DNA from: Acidothermus cellulolyticus 11B
GTDB taxonomy: Bacteria; Actinomycetota; Actinomycetes; Acidothermales; Acidothermaceae
NCBI RefSeq assembly: GCF_000015025.1
Contig: NC_008578.1
Location: forward strand, 1,320,001 to 1,352,000
Length of the DNA: 32,000 nucleotides
Direction of reading: 5' to 3'
This document shows, piece by piece, positions 9,305 through 17,658 of the stretch. A model generated the notes under the pieces. That model worked only from the letters and a program-made list of their open reading frames with translations. It was not told where the DNA came from and did not search any database. Position numbers and translations under genes: made by a program. Numbering within the stretch: the stretch's first letter is position 1; each line of letters opens with the position of its first letter.

Positions 9305-11675
9305 CGTATTTCGGATTGAAAATCGCCAGACTGCCCCGGTGCTCGGTCACTGTTCCGGTCAGTCGGATGCACCGCCCGGGCTCGATCCCCGGAATGGTCC
9401 GTCGGCCGAGAAACAAGACTTGAATCCCCCCGGTGTCGTCAAAGACTTCACACCGGAGCGTCGGTGCGGCGCCGACCGGTTGCACCTCAACGGAATGAAT
9501 GCGTCCGACGACGGTCGCCGTCTGCCGCCATCGCAGGGCGGCGATTCGGGTGGCTCCGTCATCGGCGACCAGCCCGTCCGGCGGCGCGCTCCGTGCGATG
9601 GCGCCTTCGTTGGTCACCTGCCGCTCGGCCATTGCTGCTGCGTGGCGGCGGCCGAATTCCCGGGGCAACGCGTCGTGGGGCACGATGGTCGCCACGACGT
9701 TCGGGATCCGGCTGATAATGCCGGCCAGCTTGTCGGCGGTCCGGTCATGCATGAGTTGGCCGAGCCATCCAAAGCGCCGGCGCGGCAGGACGACGGTCAC
9801 GTGGGTCCCCGGCCGTTGGGCGGCCTGGAAAACCAGTTGCATGACGGCACGTTCCAGCCGCCGATCCGGGCAGTTCACAATCTCCAGCGGTATCCGCTGG
9901 ATAATGCGCTGCCAGTCGTCTTGCAGGGTCCGCGCATGCGGGCCGTCGATCGCCACGTGCACGGCGGACAGCGTCGTCGGACGCAGCGTCGCGGCGTAAC
10001 GCAATGCCGCGAGGCTTGCCAGGTCTATCTCGTTGACCAGCACGTACACCTGGTGGCGAACGTAATTCGCCGGTGTGAGCACCTGATCGCGTTGCGCAGC
10101 GAGCGCGGCCTGCTCCGCCCGGTAGCGCTCGTTGATACGGATCAGTGCAAAGACCAGTATCGGGAAAAGTACGACGACGACCCACGCGCCTTCGGTGAAT
10201 TTGACGATGGCGAAAATGAGGACGACCGCTGCACACATGACAGCGGCAAGAAAGTTGATGACAACCCACCGACGCCAACCGGTGCCACGCCGCCGCCAGT
10301 GGTAGCGCACCAACCCGGCTCCGGCCATCGTGAAGCCGGTGAAGACGCCGATGGCGTAAAACGGAACGAGTGCGTTGACCCGGGCGCCGGTGACGAGCAG
10401 CAACGCCACGGCCACGGCTGTCAGGACGATGATCCCGTTGGAGTACACCAATCGATGGCCCCGCTTCGTCAACTGACGAGGCAGGAACGAATCTTCGGCG
10501 ACAAAGCTGGCAAGGAACGGAAAGCCGTTGAAGCTTGTGTTCCCGCCGGTGTACAGGATGAGGGCACTCGCGATCTGCAGGAGAGCGAAGAGCACGTGTC
10601 CGGCAACCCCGTCGCCGAAGACGAGCCGCGCCTCCTGCGCGACCACCGACGGATAACCGGTCACCCGGGGCGGCACGTGCGTCAGATAGGCGAGCAGGGA
10701 GACGCCGCCGACGAGAACGCCGAGAATCAGCGCCATGGCGACGAGAACGCGCCGGGCGTGGACCGACTCCGGCTGCCGGAACACGCTGATGCCGTTGGAA
10801 ATTGCTTCAAAACCGGTGAGCGAGGAACCGCCGTTGGCAAACGACCGCAGGAGAACGAAGATCGCAGCGAAGGAGAGCACATCCGAGTGATGACCGACAG
10901 GAAGGGCGTCAGAAATCGTCCTCGGATCGACAGCAGGCAGTGTGCCAAGGGCGGCTCGAACCAGGCCGACCGCAATCATTACGACCATGAAGAAGGCGTA
11001 CAGGTACGTCGGAGCGGCAAAAGACCGCCCGGCTTCGCGGATGCCACGCAGATTCCCATACGCAATGAGCAGGACAACACCAATCGTGATCTCTAGACTG
11101 TACCGACCGAGCGCGGGAATCGCGGAGGCCACGGCAACCGTACCAGCTGAGCACTGCACGGCCACCGTCACGACATAATCAATCAGCAGGGCGACTGCGG
11201 CGATCTGGGCCACCCGCGGGCCGAAATTCTCCCGGGCGACGACATAACTGCCGCCGGATCGCGTATAGACGCTGACGACGTCCCGGTACGAGAATGTGAG
11301 CAATAGCAAGATAAAGAGAATCGTCGCGGTAACCGGCAACACCAAGGTGAACGCAAGCACGCCGAAATACGGAAGCAACTCGATGAGCATCTCCTCCGGA
11401 CCGTATGCCGAGGACGAGATGCAATCCGGTGACAGCACGCCCAGTGCGACCGGCTCCGAGAGCCGTTCGTGACGCAACCGCGCGGTCACCAACGGCGGGC
11501 CCAGGAGCCGGCACTTCAGCCGGTACGCAAGGGATTCCCGGAGCGCAGGGGGATGGGGCAGCGGTAGGGCGTCAACAGCGGCTGGGGAAGAGGAGATCTG
11601 ATGGTCCACCGGGTGCGTCACCGATACGTCCGACGACTCATCCGTGGCATGCCGGGCGCGAACGGCGCTTACCAT
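9285..11675 (-). CDS. APC-superfamily permease with a C-terminal cytosolic USP-like domain and a terminal OB-fold domain
   Basis: About 12 hydrophobic helices (SPDCISSSAYGPEEML, YTGGNTSFNGFP blocks), then KFTEGAWVVVVLFP, then HQVYVLVNEIDLASLAALRYAATL...VHVAID, then an OB-like tail ATVVGRIHSVEVQP...LRCEVFDDTGGIQVLFLGRR...IFNPKYELL. The start is uncertain. I chose ATG at 11675. The ORF maximum is 11804, but those extra 43 codons are Arg-rich and look like read-through. Confidence 0.8.
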   Translation of the reverse strand: MVSAVRARHATDESSDVSVTHPVDHQISSSPAAVDALPLPHPPALRESLAYRLKCRLLGPPLVTARLRHERLSEPVALGVLSPDCISSSAYGPEEMLIELLPYFGVLAFTLVLPVTATILFILLLLTFSYRDVVSVYTRSGGSYVVARENFGPRVAQIAAVALLIDYVVTVAVQCSAGTVAVASAIPALGRYSLEITIGVVLLIAYGNLRGIREAGRSFAAPTYLYAFFMVVMIAVGLVRAALGTLPAVDPRTISDALPVGHHSDVLSFAAIFVLLRSFANGGSSLTGFEAISNGISVFRQPESVHARRVLVAMALILGVLVGGVSLLAYLTHVPPRVTGYPSVVAQEARLVFGDGVAGHVLFALLQIASALILYTGGNTSFNGFPFLASFVAEDSFLPRQLTKRGHRLVYSNGIIVLTAVAVALLLVTGARVNALVPFYAIGVFTGFTMAGAGLVRYHWRRRGTGWRRWVVINFLAAVMCAAVVLIFAIVKFTEGAWVVVVLFPILVFALIRINERYRAEQAALAAQRDQVLTPANYVRHQVYVLVNEIDLASLAALRYAATLRPTTLSAVHVAIDGPHARTLQDDWQRIIQRIPLEIVNCPDRRLERAVMQLVFQAAQRPGTHVTVVLPRRRFGWLGQLMHDRTADKLAGIISRIPNVVATIVPHDALPREFGRRHAAAMAERQVTNEGAIARSAPPDGLVADDGATRIAALRWRQTATVVGRIHSVEVQPVGAAPTLRCEVFDDTGGIQVLFLGRRTIPGIEPGRCIRLTGTVTEHRGSLAIFNPKYELLTEP

Positions 11676-11802
11676 CCGCTGGCCGCGTGCCGCACGCCCC
11701 GCGCCGCGGAATGCTGGGCACGAACAGCGCTTGCTCCGATATCCCCATACGCACGATCCGACCGTACGTCGCGGCGGCGCGGCGGGACGTCGCAATCGCG
11801 TC

Positions 11803-11840
11803 AAGAATCACCCGGCACCCGTAAAGAATTCGTCAAGATT
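11803..11840. promoter_or_regulatory. Phased direct hexamer repeats AAGAAT / AAGAAT / AAGATT in the divergent permease-kinase intergenic region (candidate OmpR/KdpE-family response-regulator site)
   Basis: The hexamers sit at 11803-11808, 11824-11829 and 11835-11840, a spacing of 21 and 11 bp (two helical turns and one). The longer repeat CGTCAAGAAT / CGTCAAGATT sits at 11799-11808 and 11831-11840. This is the most AT-rich stretch I noticed in the window. Confidence 0.25.
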
Positions 11841-11876
11841 TCTTCGTACTCGAAAACGCATGCTTGCAATGGAAGG

Positions 11877-13706
11877 GTGCGAGATTCCCTGCCGGCCGCG
11901 GTAGCGCTGCCCGCCCTCTTCGTGGTCTCCCTCCTGTTCGCCGCCTTTGTGGTGGCGGTCGGCGGCCTCCCTGCAGATGCGGTGACCGCGGGAGAAGCGG
12001 GGATCGTCGGCTGGTTCTCGTTTCGCAGTCAACCGGCGACCGCGCCGTTGCTCGGACTGTTGGGGTGGTTCTTCGCCGCCTCGTTCTCCGCCCAGCCGTT
12101 TGCCGCGATTCACCTCAGCCAAGCGCCCGTCGCGGCCGTCGTCCTGGGCGTGGTGACCTCCACGGCATCCGCGGCAGGAGCTGTGAGGCGCCGGTCCGCA
12201 TCGAGGGCAACGACGAACGGGTCTGCCGACAGCGCCGACGGGGACGCCGGAATACTGGACGACGTGGCAATGGCCCGATCCGCTGGCACACGACGCCGGC
12301 CGCACGCGCTCGCCAGCCTCAGCTGGCGCCGGCAGGTACTCGGCCTGCTTACCAGTGCCGTCCTGCTCCCGATAGCGACGGTCCTATTGACGACTACCGC
12401 GCGTCACGCGCTGGCGGACGTTGCGCTCGGCTACCTCCTCGTCGTCCTCGTCGTCACCATGATCGGCGGCGTCTGGGTCGCGATCGCCGCAGCACTGTCG
12501 GCAGGCCTGCTCATCAACTGGTACTTCAGCCCACCCGTGCATACCTGGACCATCGATGCGCCCGAGAACATCGCCAGCATCCTGCTCTTCGTTGCGGTGG
12601 CGCTCTCGGTGAGCTTTCTCGTCCATCTCTCGGCACGCCGGGCGCAGCTTGCGGAAGCGCGCCGTCGGGAAGCAGATCTGCTGCTGGCGCTTGCGGAGCG
12701 GCTGCTGGGCGGGGACGACAGTCCGCAGGCAGTGCTCGACGAGCTGGCAAAGGAGACCGGCAGCCCGGTCGTTCTGGAGGAGCGCTGCGGCGGCACGTGG
12801 GTCACGGTTGCGAAAGCTGGTTCTGCGGCAGGGGGCAATGACCCGCAGCACGCGGCGATCCTGCCCGCCGGAGCGGCACTGCGGCTGGTCGTCGGTGTCA
12901 GCGCCGAATCGCCGCCGGATCGGCTGCTTCGGGCGTACGCGGCGCAAGCCGCGGCGGCGCTCGAGCGGCAACGCCTCCGCATCCAAGCCTCGCAAGCTGA
13001 AGCGCTTGCTGCGGGCAACCGGATGCGCACCGCGCTGCTTGCGGCCGTGAGTCACGACTTGCGCACCCCGCTGGCGTCGATCAAAGCGGGCGTGAGCACC
13101 CTTCGCCAGACCGACATCCAGTGGTCGCCGTCCGACGTCGCGGAATTGCTGAGTTCGGTCGACCAAGCAACGGATCAGCTCGACGCGCTCATCGCGAACC
13201 TGCTGGACATGAGCCGAATTCACACGGGTGCCGTGCAACCGTTCCTCCGGCCCACCGCCCTCGAGGAGGTCGCCCCGCTCGCGCTGGCGGGTTTGGCGGA
13301 CGCCGAGCGGGTGCAGCTGGACATTCCCGAGGACCTCCCCCTCATCGCAACCGACCCCGGGCTTCTCGAACGCGTACTGGCGAATCTCGTCGCCAACGCA
13401 TTGCGTCATTCACCACCGCACCTCCCCCCTGCGGTCGTCGCGCGAATCCGCGGCGAGAAAGTCCGCATCGATGTCGTCGACCACGGCCCGGGGATACCGC
13501 CACACGCGCGTGACCGCGTTTTCCAACCGTTTCAGCAACTCGACGACCGACGCGGCGGCGGAGTGGGACTTGGCCTTGCGGTAGCGAGGGGTTTCGTAGA
13601 AGCGCTGGGCGGCGAGATTCACGTACTCGAGACGCCGGGAGGCGGTGTCACGATGCGCGTTGAGCTGCCGATATCCGCTTACGTGCCGAGCGACATCGAC
13701 GCATAG
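11877..13706 (+). CDS. KdpD-like sensor histidine kinase (membrane DUF4118-type region + HisKA + HATPase), lacking the KdpD N-terminal/USP domains
   Basis: DUF4118-like TM block (LGYLLVVLVVTMIGGVWVAIAAALSAGLLINWYFSPPVHTW), H-box AAVSHDLRTPLASI, N-box LANLVANALRHSP, G1 VVDHGPGIP, G2 GGVGLGLAVARG. The start is uncertain. GTG 11877 includes 3 additional TM helices with G/C-rich third positions. ATG 12270 is the conservative alternative. The 11601 start in the ORF track overlaps the divergent gene. Confidence 0.8.
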   Translation: MRDSLPAAVALPALFVVSLLFAAFVVAVGGLPADAVTAGEAGIVGWFSFRSQPATAPLLGLLGWFFAASFSAQPFAAIHLSQAPVAAVVLGVVTSTASAAGAVRRRSASRATTNGSADSADGDAGILDDVAMARSAGTRRRPHALASLSWRRQVLGLLTSAVLLPIATVLLTTTARHALADVALGYLLVVLVVTMIGGVWVAIAAALSAGLLINWYFSPPVHTWTIDAPENIASILLFVAVALSVSFLVHLSARRAQLAEARRREADLLLALAERLLGGDDSPQAVLDELAKETGSPVVLEERCGGTWVTVAKAGSAAGGNDPQHAAILPAGAALRLVVGVSAESPPDRLLRAYAAQAAAALERQRLRIQASQAEALAAGNRMRTALLAAVSHDLRTPLASIKAGVSTLRQTDIQWSPSDVAELLSSVDQATDQLDALIANLLDMSRIHTGAVQPFLRPTALEEVAPLALAGLADAERVQLDIPEDLPLIATDPGLLERVLANLVANALRHSPPHLPPAVVARIRGEKVRIDVVDHGPGIPPHARDRVFQPFQQLDDRRGGGVGLGLAVARGFVEALGGEIHVLETPGGGVTMRVELPISAYVPSDIDA

Positions 13707-13713
13707 GTGCAGA

Positions 13714-14436
13714 GTGGCCAGCGTCCTGGTCGTCGACGATGAACCCGCGATCGTCCGGGCATTGCGGATCAATCTCACCGCCCGGGGCTACGAGGTGTAC
13801 ACCGCGTTCGACGGCCGCACGGCCCTGCAGCTCGTCACGGCACACAAACCGGACCTCATGATTCTCGATCTGGGCCTGCCGGACATGGACGGCATCGACG
13901 TCATCGGCGGCGTTCGAGGGTGGTCCACCATGCCGATCCTCGTCCTATCGGCCCGCGACCAGGAAGCGCAGAAGGTCAAGGCATTGGACGCCGGCGCTGA
14001 CGACTACGTGACAAAGCCGTTCGGCATGGACGAGCTCCTGGCGCGACTCCGGGCTTCCATCCGACGGGCCCGCCCGACATCGGCCGAACCGCGCATCATC
14101 ACTCCGGACTTCACCATTGACCTCGCGGACAAGACCGTGCGCCGCGGCGACGAACCGATCCGGCTGACCCCGACCGAATGGCACATCCTCGACATCCTTG
14201 CCCGGCACGCCGGCCGGCTCGTCACCACCCGCCAACTCCTCCACGACGTGTGGGGACCCACCTACCGGAACGAGACCCACTACTTGCGGGTGTACATGGC
14301 TCAGCTGCGCCGGAAATTGGAACCGGATCCGGCGCACCCCCGGTACCTGCGGACCGAGCCGGGCATCGGTTACCGGTTGGTGGTGGAGCCGACCCCCGCG
14401 GTCGATCCCTCGACCCCGCCGTCCTCGGTGCCCTGA
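13714..14436 (+). CDS. KdpE-like OmpR-family response regulator
   Basis: GTG 13714 lies 7 nt after the kinase stop, with AGGTG as SD. The receiver domain has VLVVDDEP...ILDLGLPDMDG...KPF. The winged-helix end GPTYRNETHYLRVYMAQLRRKLEPDPAHPRYLRTEPGIGYRL is the KdpE-type signature. Confidence 0.88.
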   Translation: MASVLVVDDEPAIVRALRINLTARGYEVYTAFDGRTALQLVTAHKPDLMILDLGLPDMDGIDVIGGVRGWSTMPILVLSARDQEAQKVKALDAGADDYVTKPFGMDELLARLRASIRRARPTSAEPRIITPDFTIDLADKTVRRGDEPIRLTPTEWHILDILARHAGRLVTTRQLLHDVWGPTYRNETHYLRVYMAQLRRKLEPDPAHPRYLRTEPGIGYRLVVEPTPAVDPSTPPSSVP

Positions 14437-14677
14437 CCGGCACACGCGCCTGCGCGCCGCCGGCCTCCCGCAGTGTTTCGTTATGCTGCCACGGACGGCG
14501 CCGTCGCGCGCCGCGCCGGATCGCTAGCTCACGGACGGCGGGCCAAGCTGGACGGAGCGCCGGTCACCGGACTGCCGCCCGCCCCCGACTGCACTGGGCG
14601 GCGGCCAAGGGGAGCAGAGAACAGACCGCGCGGAGAAGCGGAGAAGACGTCGACGGAAAGAGGCTGCGAGGTCGAGG

Positions 14678-15511
14678 GTGTCGGAGGAGACGACAGCACA
14701 CCGCCCGGTAGGTGACTACCGCGGCCGCATTGCATTGATCACCGGCGGATCCCGGGGCATCGGGCGTGCAGTCGCCATAACCCTCGCCACGGGGGGTGCG
14801 ACAATCGTCCTCAATTACAAGAAGAACGCCGACCTTGCCGAGCAGGTCCGCAAGGAGGTCGAGCAGGCCGGGGGCCAAGCGATCACGGTCGCTGCGGACG
14901 TCGAAAATCCCGATGACATCAACCGGCTCTTCGAGACGGCACGCGACGCCTACGGCCGGCTCGACTATTTCGTTTCCAACGCGGCGGCCAGCGCGTTCAA
15001 AAACATCATGGACATCCGCCAACACCACCTGGATCGCAGCTTCGCGATGAACGTCCGCGCCTTCGTTCTCGGCGCGCAGCGGGCTGTCGAGCTGATGGAT
15101 CGCGGCGGGCGCATCGTTGCGCTCTCCAGTTACGGCAGCACCCGCGCGTATCCGACGTACGCGAATTTAGGGGCGGCGAAGGCTGCGATTGAAGCATGGG
15201 TCCGGTACATGGCGATGGAATTCGCGCCGCGGGGCATCAATGTCAACGCGGTGAGCGGCGGGCTCATTCAATCGGATTCCCTCGATTACTTCTACGGAAT
15301 TCCGGGAATGGCGCCGATCGAAACCGTGCTCGCGAAAATTCCGAAGGGTCGTCCCGGCACTGTGCAGGAAGTCGCGGACGCCGTGGAATTCCTCCTCTCC
15401 CCGGCGGCTGAGTACATCACCGGGCAGACGCTGGTCGTCGACGGGGGGCTCTCGATCGTCTCGCCTCCGTTCGCTCACGACCTCACCCCGCCGCTTGCCT
15501 GGGATGCATAG
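14678..15511 (+). CDS. SDR-family enoyl reductase of the FabL / ChcA (1-cyclohexenylcarbonyl-CoA reductase) type
   Basis: TGGSRGIGRA Rossmann motif, NAA, then SSYGSTRAYPTYANLGAAKAAIEAWVRYMAMEF. This parallels B. subtilis FabL [33 protein letters not shown] (recalled from memory). The C-terminal block is GQTLVVDGG. It is 277 aa, similar in size to ChcA. Confidence 0.8.
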   Translation: MSEETTAHRPVGDYRGRIALITGGSRGIGRAVAITLATGGATIVLNYKKNADLAEQVRKEVEQAGGQAITVAADVENPDDINRLFETARDAYGRLDYFVSNAAASAFKNIMDIRQHHLDRSFAMNVRAFVLGAQRAVELMDRGGRIVALSSYGSTRAYPTYANLGAAKAAIEAWVRYMAMEFAPRGINVNAVSGGLIQSDSLDYFYGIPGMAPIETVLAKIPKGRPGTVQEVADAVEFLLSPAAEYITGQTLVVDGGLSIVSPPFAHDLTPPLAWDA

Positions 15512-15528
15512 GCCGGCGCAGTGACACC

Positions 15529-17649
15529 GTGATGACGATCGACGCTCGCGACTTTCGGCACGTTTTCACGCCCGGCCGCATCGGAACCCTCGATCTTCCA
15601 CACCGCATCGTGATGGGTGCCATGCACTTGGGCACCGAGACCGGTGACGTCGACGACCTCGTCGCCTTTTATCGGGAACGGGTCGAGGGTGGGGCGGGGC
15701 TGATCGTCACCGGAGGAGCCGCAGTCGATCCGTTCGGCGCCGGCGGCCCGGGATACGCCGTCCTCACCCGGGACGCCGACCGCCGCCGGTTGGCGACGCT
15801 CGCGCAGCACATTCGCCGCGCCGGTGGACTCCTTGCGCTCCAGCTCTTTCACGCCGGCCGCTACGCGCTCCTGGGCGAGCAGATGCAGCCGGTCGCGCCG
15901 TCCCCGGTTTTCAGCCGATTCGCCGGCCGTGAGCCGCGCGCGATGACCGCCGACGACATCGAAGCGACGCTCGACCACTTCGTCGCCGCTGCTGAATTCG
16001 CCGCAAACGCGGGCTTCGCGGCTGTCGAGGTGATGGCCTCGGAGGGGTATCTCATCAACGAATTCCTCGCCCCGGCAACGAATCTGCGGGATGACGACTG
16101 GGGCGGCGATCCGGAGCGGCGCCGGCGGTTCGGCGTTGAGGTCGCCCGGCGGATCCGGGCCGCGCTCGGGCCCGATTTTCCCCTGATCGTGCGCATCTCG
16201 GGCGCGGATCTCGTGGAGGGCGGCACACCTGCAGAGGACGTCGACGCGTTCGCCGCGGCCCTGGTGGAAGTCGGTGTCGATGCGCTCAACGTCGGCATCG
16301 GCTGGCACGAGTCACCCGTACCAACCGTGCAGACGGTTGTGCCACACGGGGTATGGCTGCCGATCGCGCGCCGCATCAAAGCCGTCGCCAGCGGTCGACC
16401 TGTTATCGCCGGTAACCGGGTGAACCGCCTGGACCAGGCGGAGGCATGTCTTGCCCGCGGCGACACGGATTTCGTCTCGATGGCCCGGCCGTTTCTCGCC
16501 GATCCCGGATTGATCGCGAAACATCGCGCCGGGCGGGCGGTCAACGTCTGCATCGCGTGCAACCAGGCGTGCATTGACCGTTCCCTCGTTGACGAGCACG
16601 TCTCCTGCCTCGTCAATCCGCGGGCCGGATGGGAAAGGCGCTACCCGACGGTTGCCCGAGACACCGGCCGCGGTCCGGTTGTCGTCGTCGGCGGTGGGCG
16701 CGGGCGGGTCGTCGTCGTCGGCGGCGGACCGGCCGGACTGCAGGCGGCCATCCGGCTTGCCGAGCACGGCGTCGATGTCGAACTCTTCGAAGCGGCGCCT
16801 GAGCTCGGCGGCCAATTCCGCTTGGCCCGCAACGTCCCCGGAAAAGCCGATTACGGACGGACCATCGACTACTGCGCCGCGCGGCTTGCCGAGCTTGGAG
16901 TCGCCGTCCATCTGAACAGCCGGATTGCTCCCGGCGACGTTGCGGGTTTCGGCGATACCGACGCCATCGTCATCGCCACCGGCGTCCATCCACGGCCGCT
17001 GCAAATTCCCGGTGCCACGCTGCCGTTCGTTCTCGACTATTCAGCCGCCTTTGACGCCGCCAACCTTGGCCGGCGGGTCGTCATCGTCGGCGGGGGAGGA
17101 ATTGCGGTAGACGCGGCCCACTTCGCGGCCGCCGCCGGTGACGCGTCGGCAACTGACCGGTTCTGCGCCGCATACGGGCTCGGCCCGATCCTCGGCAGCC
17201 CACCGACACCGGAGCCCAGCGACATATCGCATGACGACATACCACGCGAGGTGACAATCGTGCACCGGTCGCGACGGCTCGGCGCACGGCTTGGGCGGTC
17301 GAGCCGCTGGGTCGTCCTCGGCGAACTCCGCCACGCGGGCGTCCAGATTCTGCACGGCGCACAGTACGAACGGATCGACAGCTCTGGGCTGCACATCGTT
17401 GACGAGAACGGGCACCGCCGGGAACTCCCCGCGGACACCGTCGTGGTGGCCGTCGGTCAGGAGCCGAACAACGACCTCGTCCCGGCAGCGGCCGCGGCAG
17501 GCCTCCACTACGAGGTGATCGGCGGCGCCAGGGACGTCGACGGGCTGGACGCCGTCCGCGCATTCGCCGAAGGGCTCGCTGCGGCCGACCGGCTGGCCGC
17601 CCAGCTCACCAAGCAGACACCTGCCGGGCCGCCGAGCCCACTGCGATAG
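15529..17649 (+). CDS. FadH-type 2,4-dienoyl-CoA reductase (OYE-like FMN barrel + 4Fe-4S + FAD/NADPH domains)
   Basis: N-terminal OYE-like barrel, cluster motif CIACNQAC-x11-C followed by LVNP, then a dinucleotide-binding motif VVVVGGGPAGL and a second Rossmann motif VVIVGGGGIAVD. It starts 17 nt after the SDR gene. Confidence 0.85.
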   Translation: MMTIDARDFRHVFTPGRIGTLDLPHRIVMGAMHLGTETGDVDDLVAFYRERVEGGAGLIVTGGAAVDPFGAGGPGYAVLTRDADRRRLATLAQHIRRAGGLLALQLFHAGRYALLGEQMQPVAPSPVFSRFAGREPRAMTADDIEATLDHFVAAAEFAANAGFAAVEVMASEGYLINEFLAPATNLRDDDWGGDPERRRRFGVEVARRIRAALGPDFPLIVRISGADLVEGGTPAEDVDAFAAALVEVGVDALNVGIGWHESPVPTVQTVVPHGVWLPIARRIKAVASGRPVIAGNRVNRLDQAEACLARGDTDFVSMARPFLADPGLIAKHRAGRAVNVCIACNQACIDRSLVDEHVSCLVNPRAGWERRYPTVARDTGRGPVVVVGGGRGRVVVVGGGPAGLQAAIRLAEHGVDVELFEAAPELGGQFRLARNVPGKADYGRTIDYCAARLAELGVAVHLNSRIAPGDVAGFGDTDAIVIATGVHPRPLQIPGATLPFVLDYSAAFDAANLGRRVVIVGGGGIAVDAAHFAAAAGDASATDRFCAAYGLGPILGSPPTPEPSDISHDDIPREVTIVHRSRRLGARLGRSSRWVVLGELRHAGVQILHGAQYERIDSSGLHIVDENGHRRELPADTVVVAVGQEPNNDLVPAAAAAGLHYEVIGGARDVDGLDAVRAFAEGLAAADRLAAQLTKQTPAGPPSPLR
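16678..16728 (+). repeat. In-frame 30-bp slippage duplication inside the FadH-like gene (VVVVGGGRGR + VVVVGGG)
   Basis: GTTGTCGTCGTCGGCGGTGGG (16678-16698) and GTCGTCGTCGTCGGCGGCGGA (16708-16728) match at 18 of 21 nt. The encoded peptide is GPVVVVGGGRGRVVVVGGGPAGL. Confidence 0.8.
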
Positions 17650-17658
17650 CGTTACCGT

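Noticed and set aside
7990-9423. A 477-aa plus-strand ORF overlapping the acyl-CoA dehydrogenase gene in another frame
   Set aside because: Its translation is Arg/Pro/Gly-rich and low-complexity, while the 7994 frame carries clear ACAD motifs. Its repeated PASRLSSAAGHGSV peptide is just the 48-bp DNA duplication read in a non-coding frame.
11601-11876. Long N-terminal extensions of the kinase ORF (start 11601) and the permease ORF (start 11804)
   Set aside because: The two extensions overlap each other on opposite strands. They are Arg/Pro-rich without hydrophobic or conserved blocks, so they are most likely non-coding read-through of the divergent promoter region.
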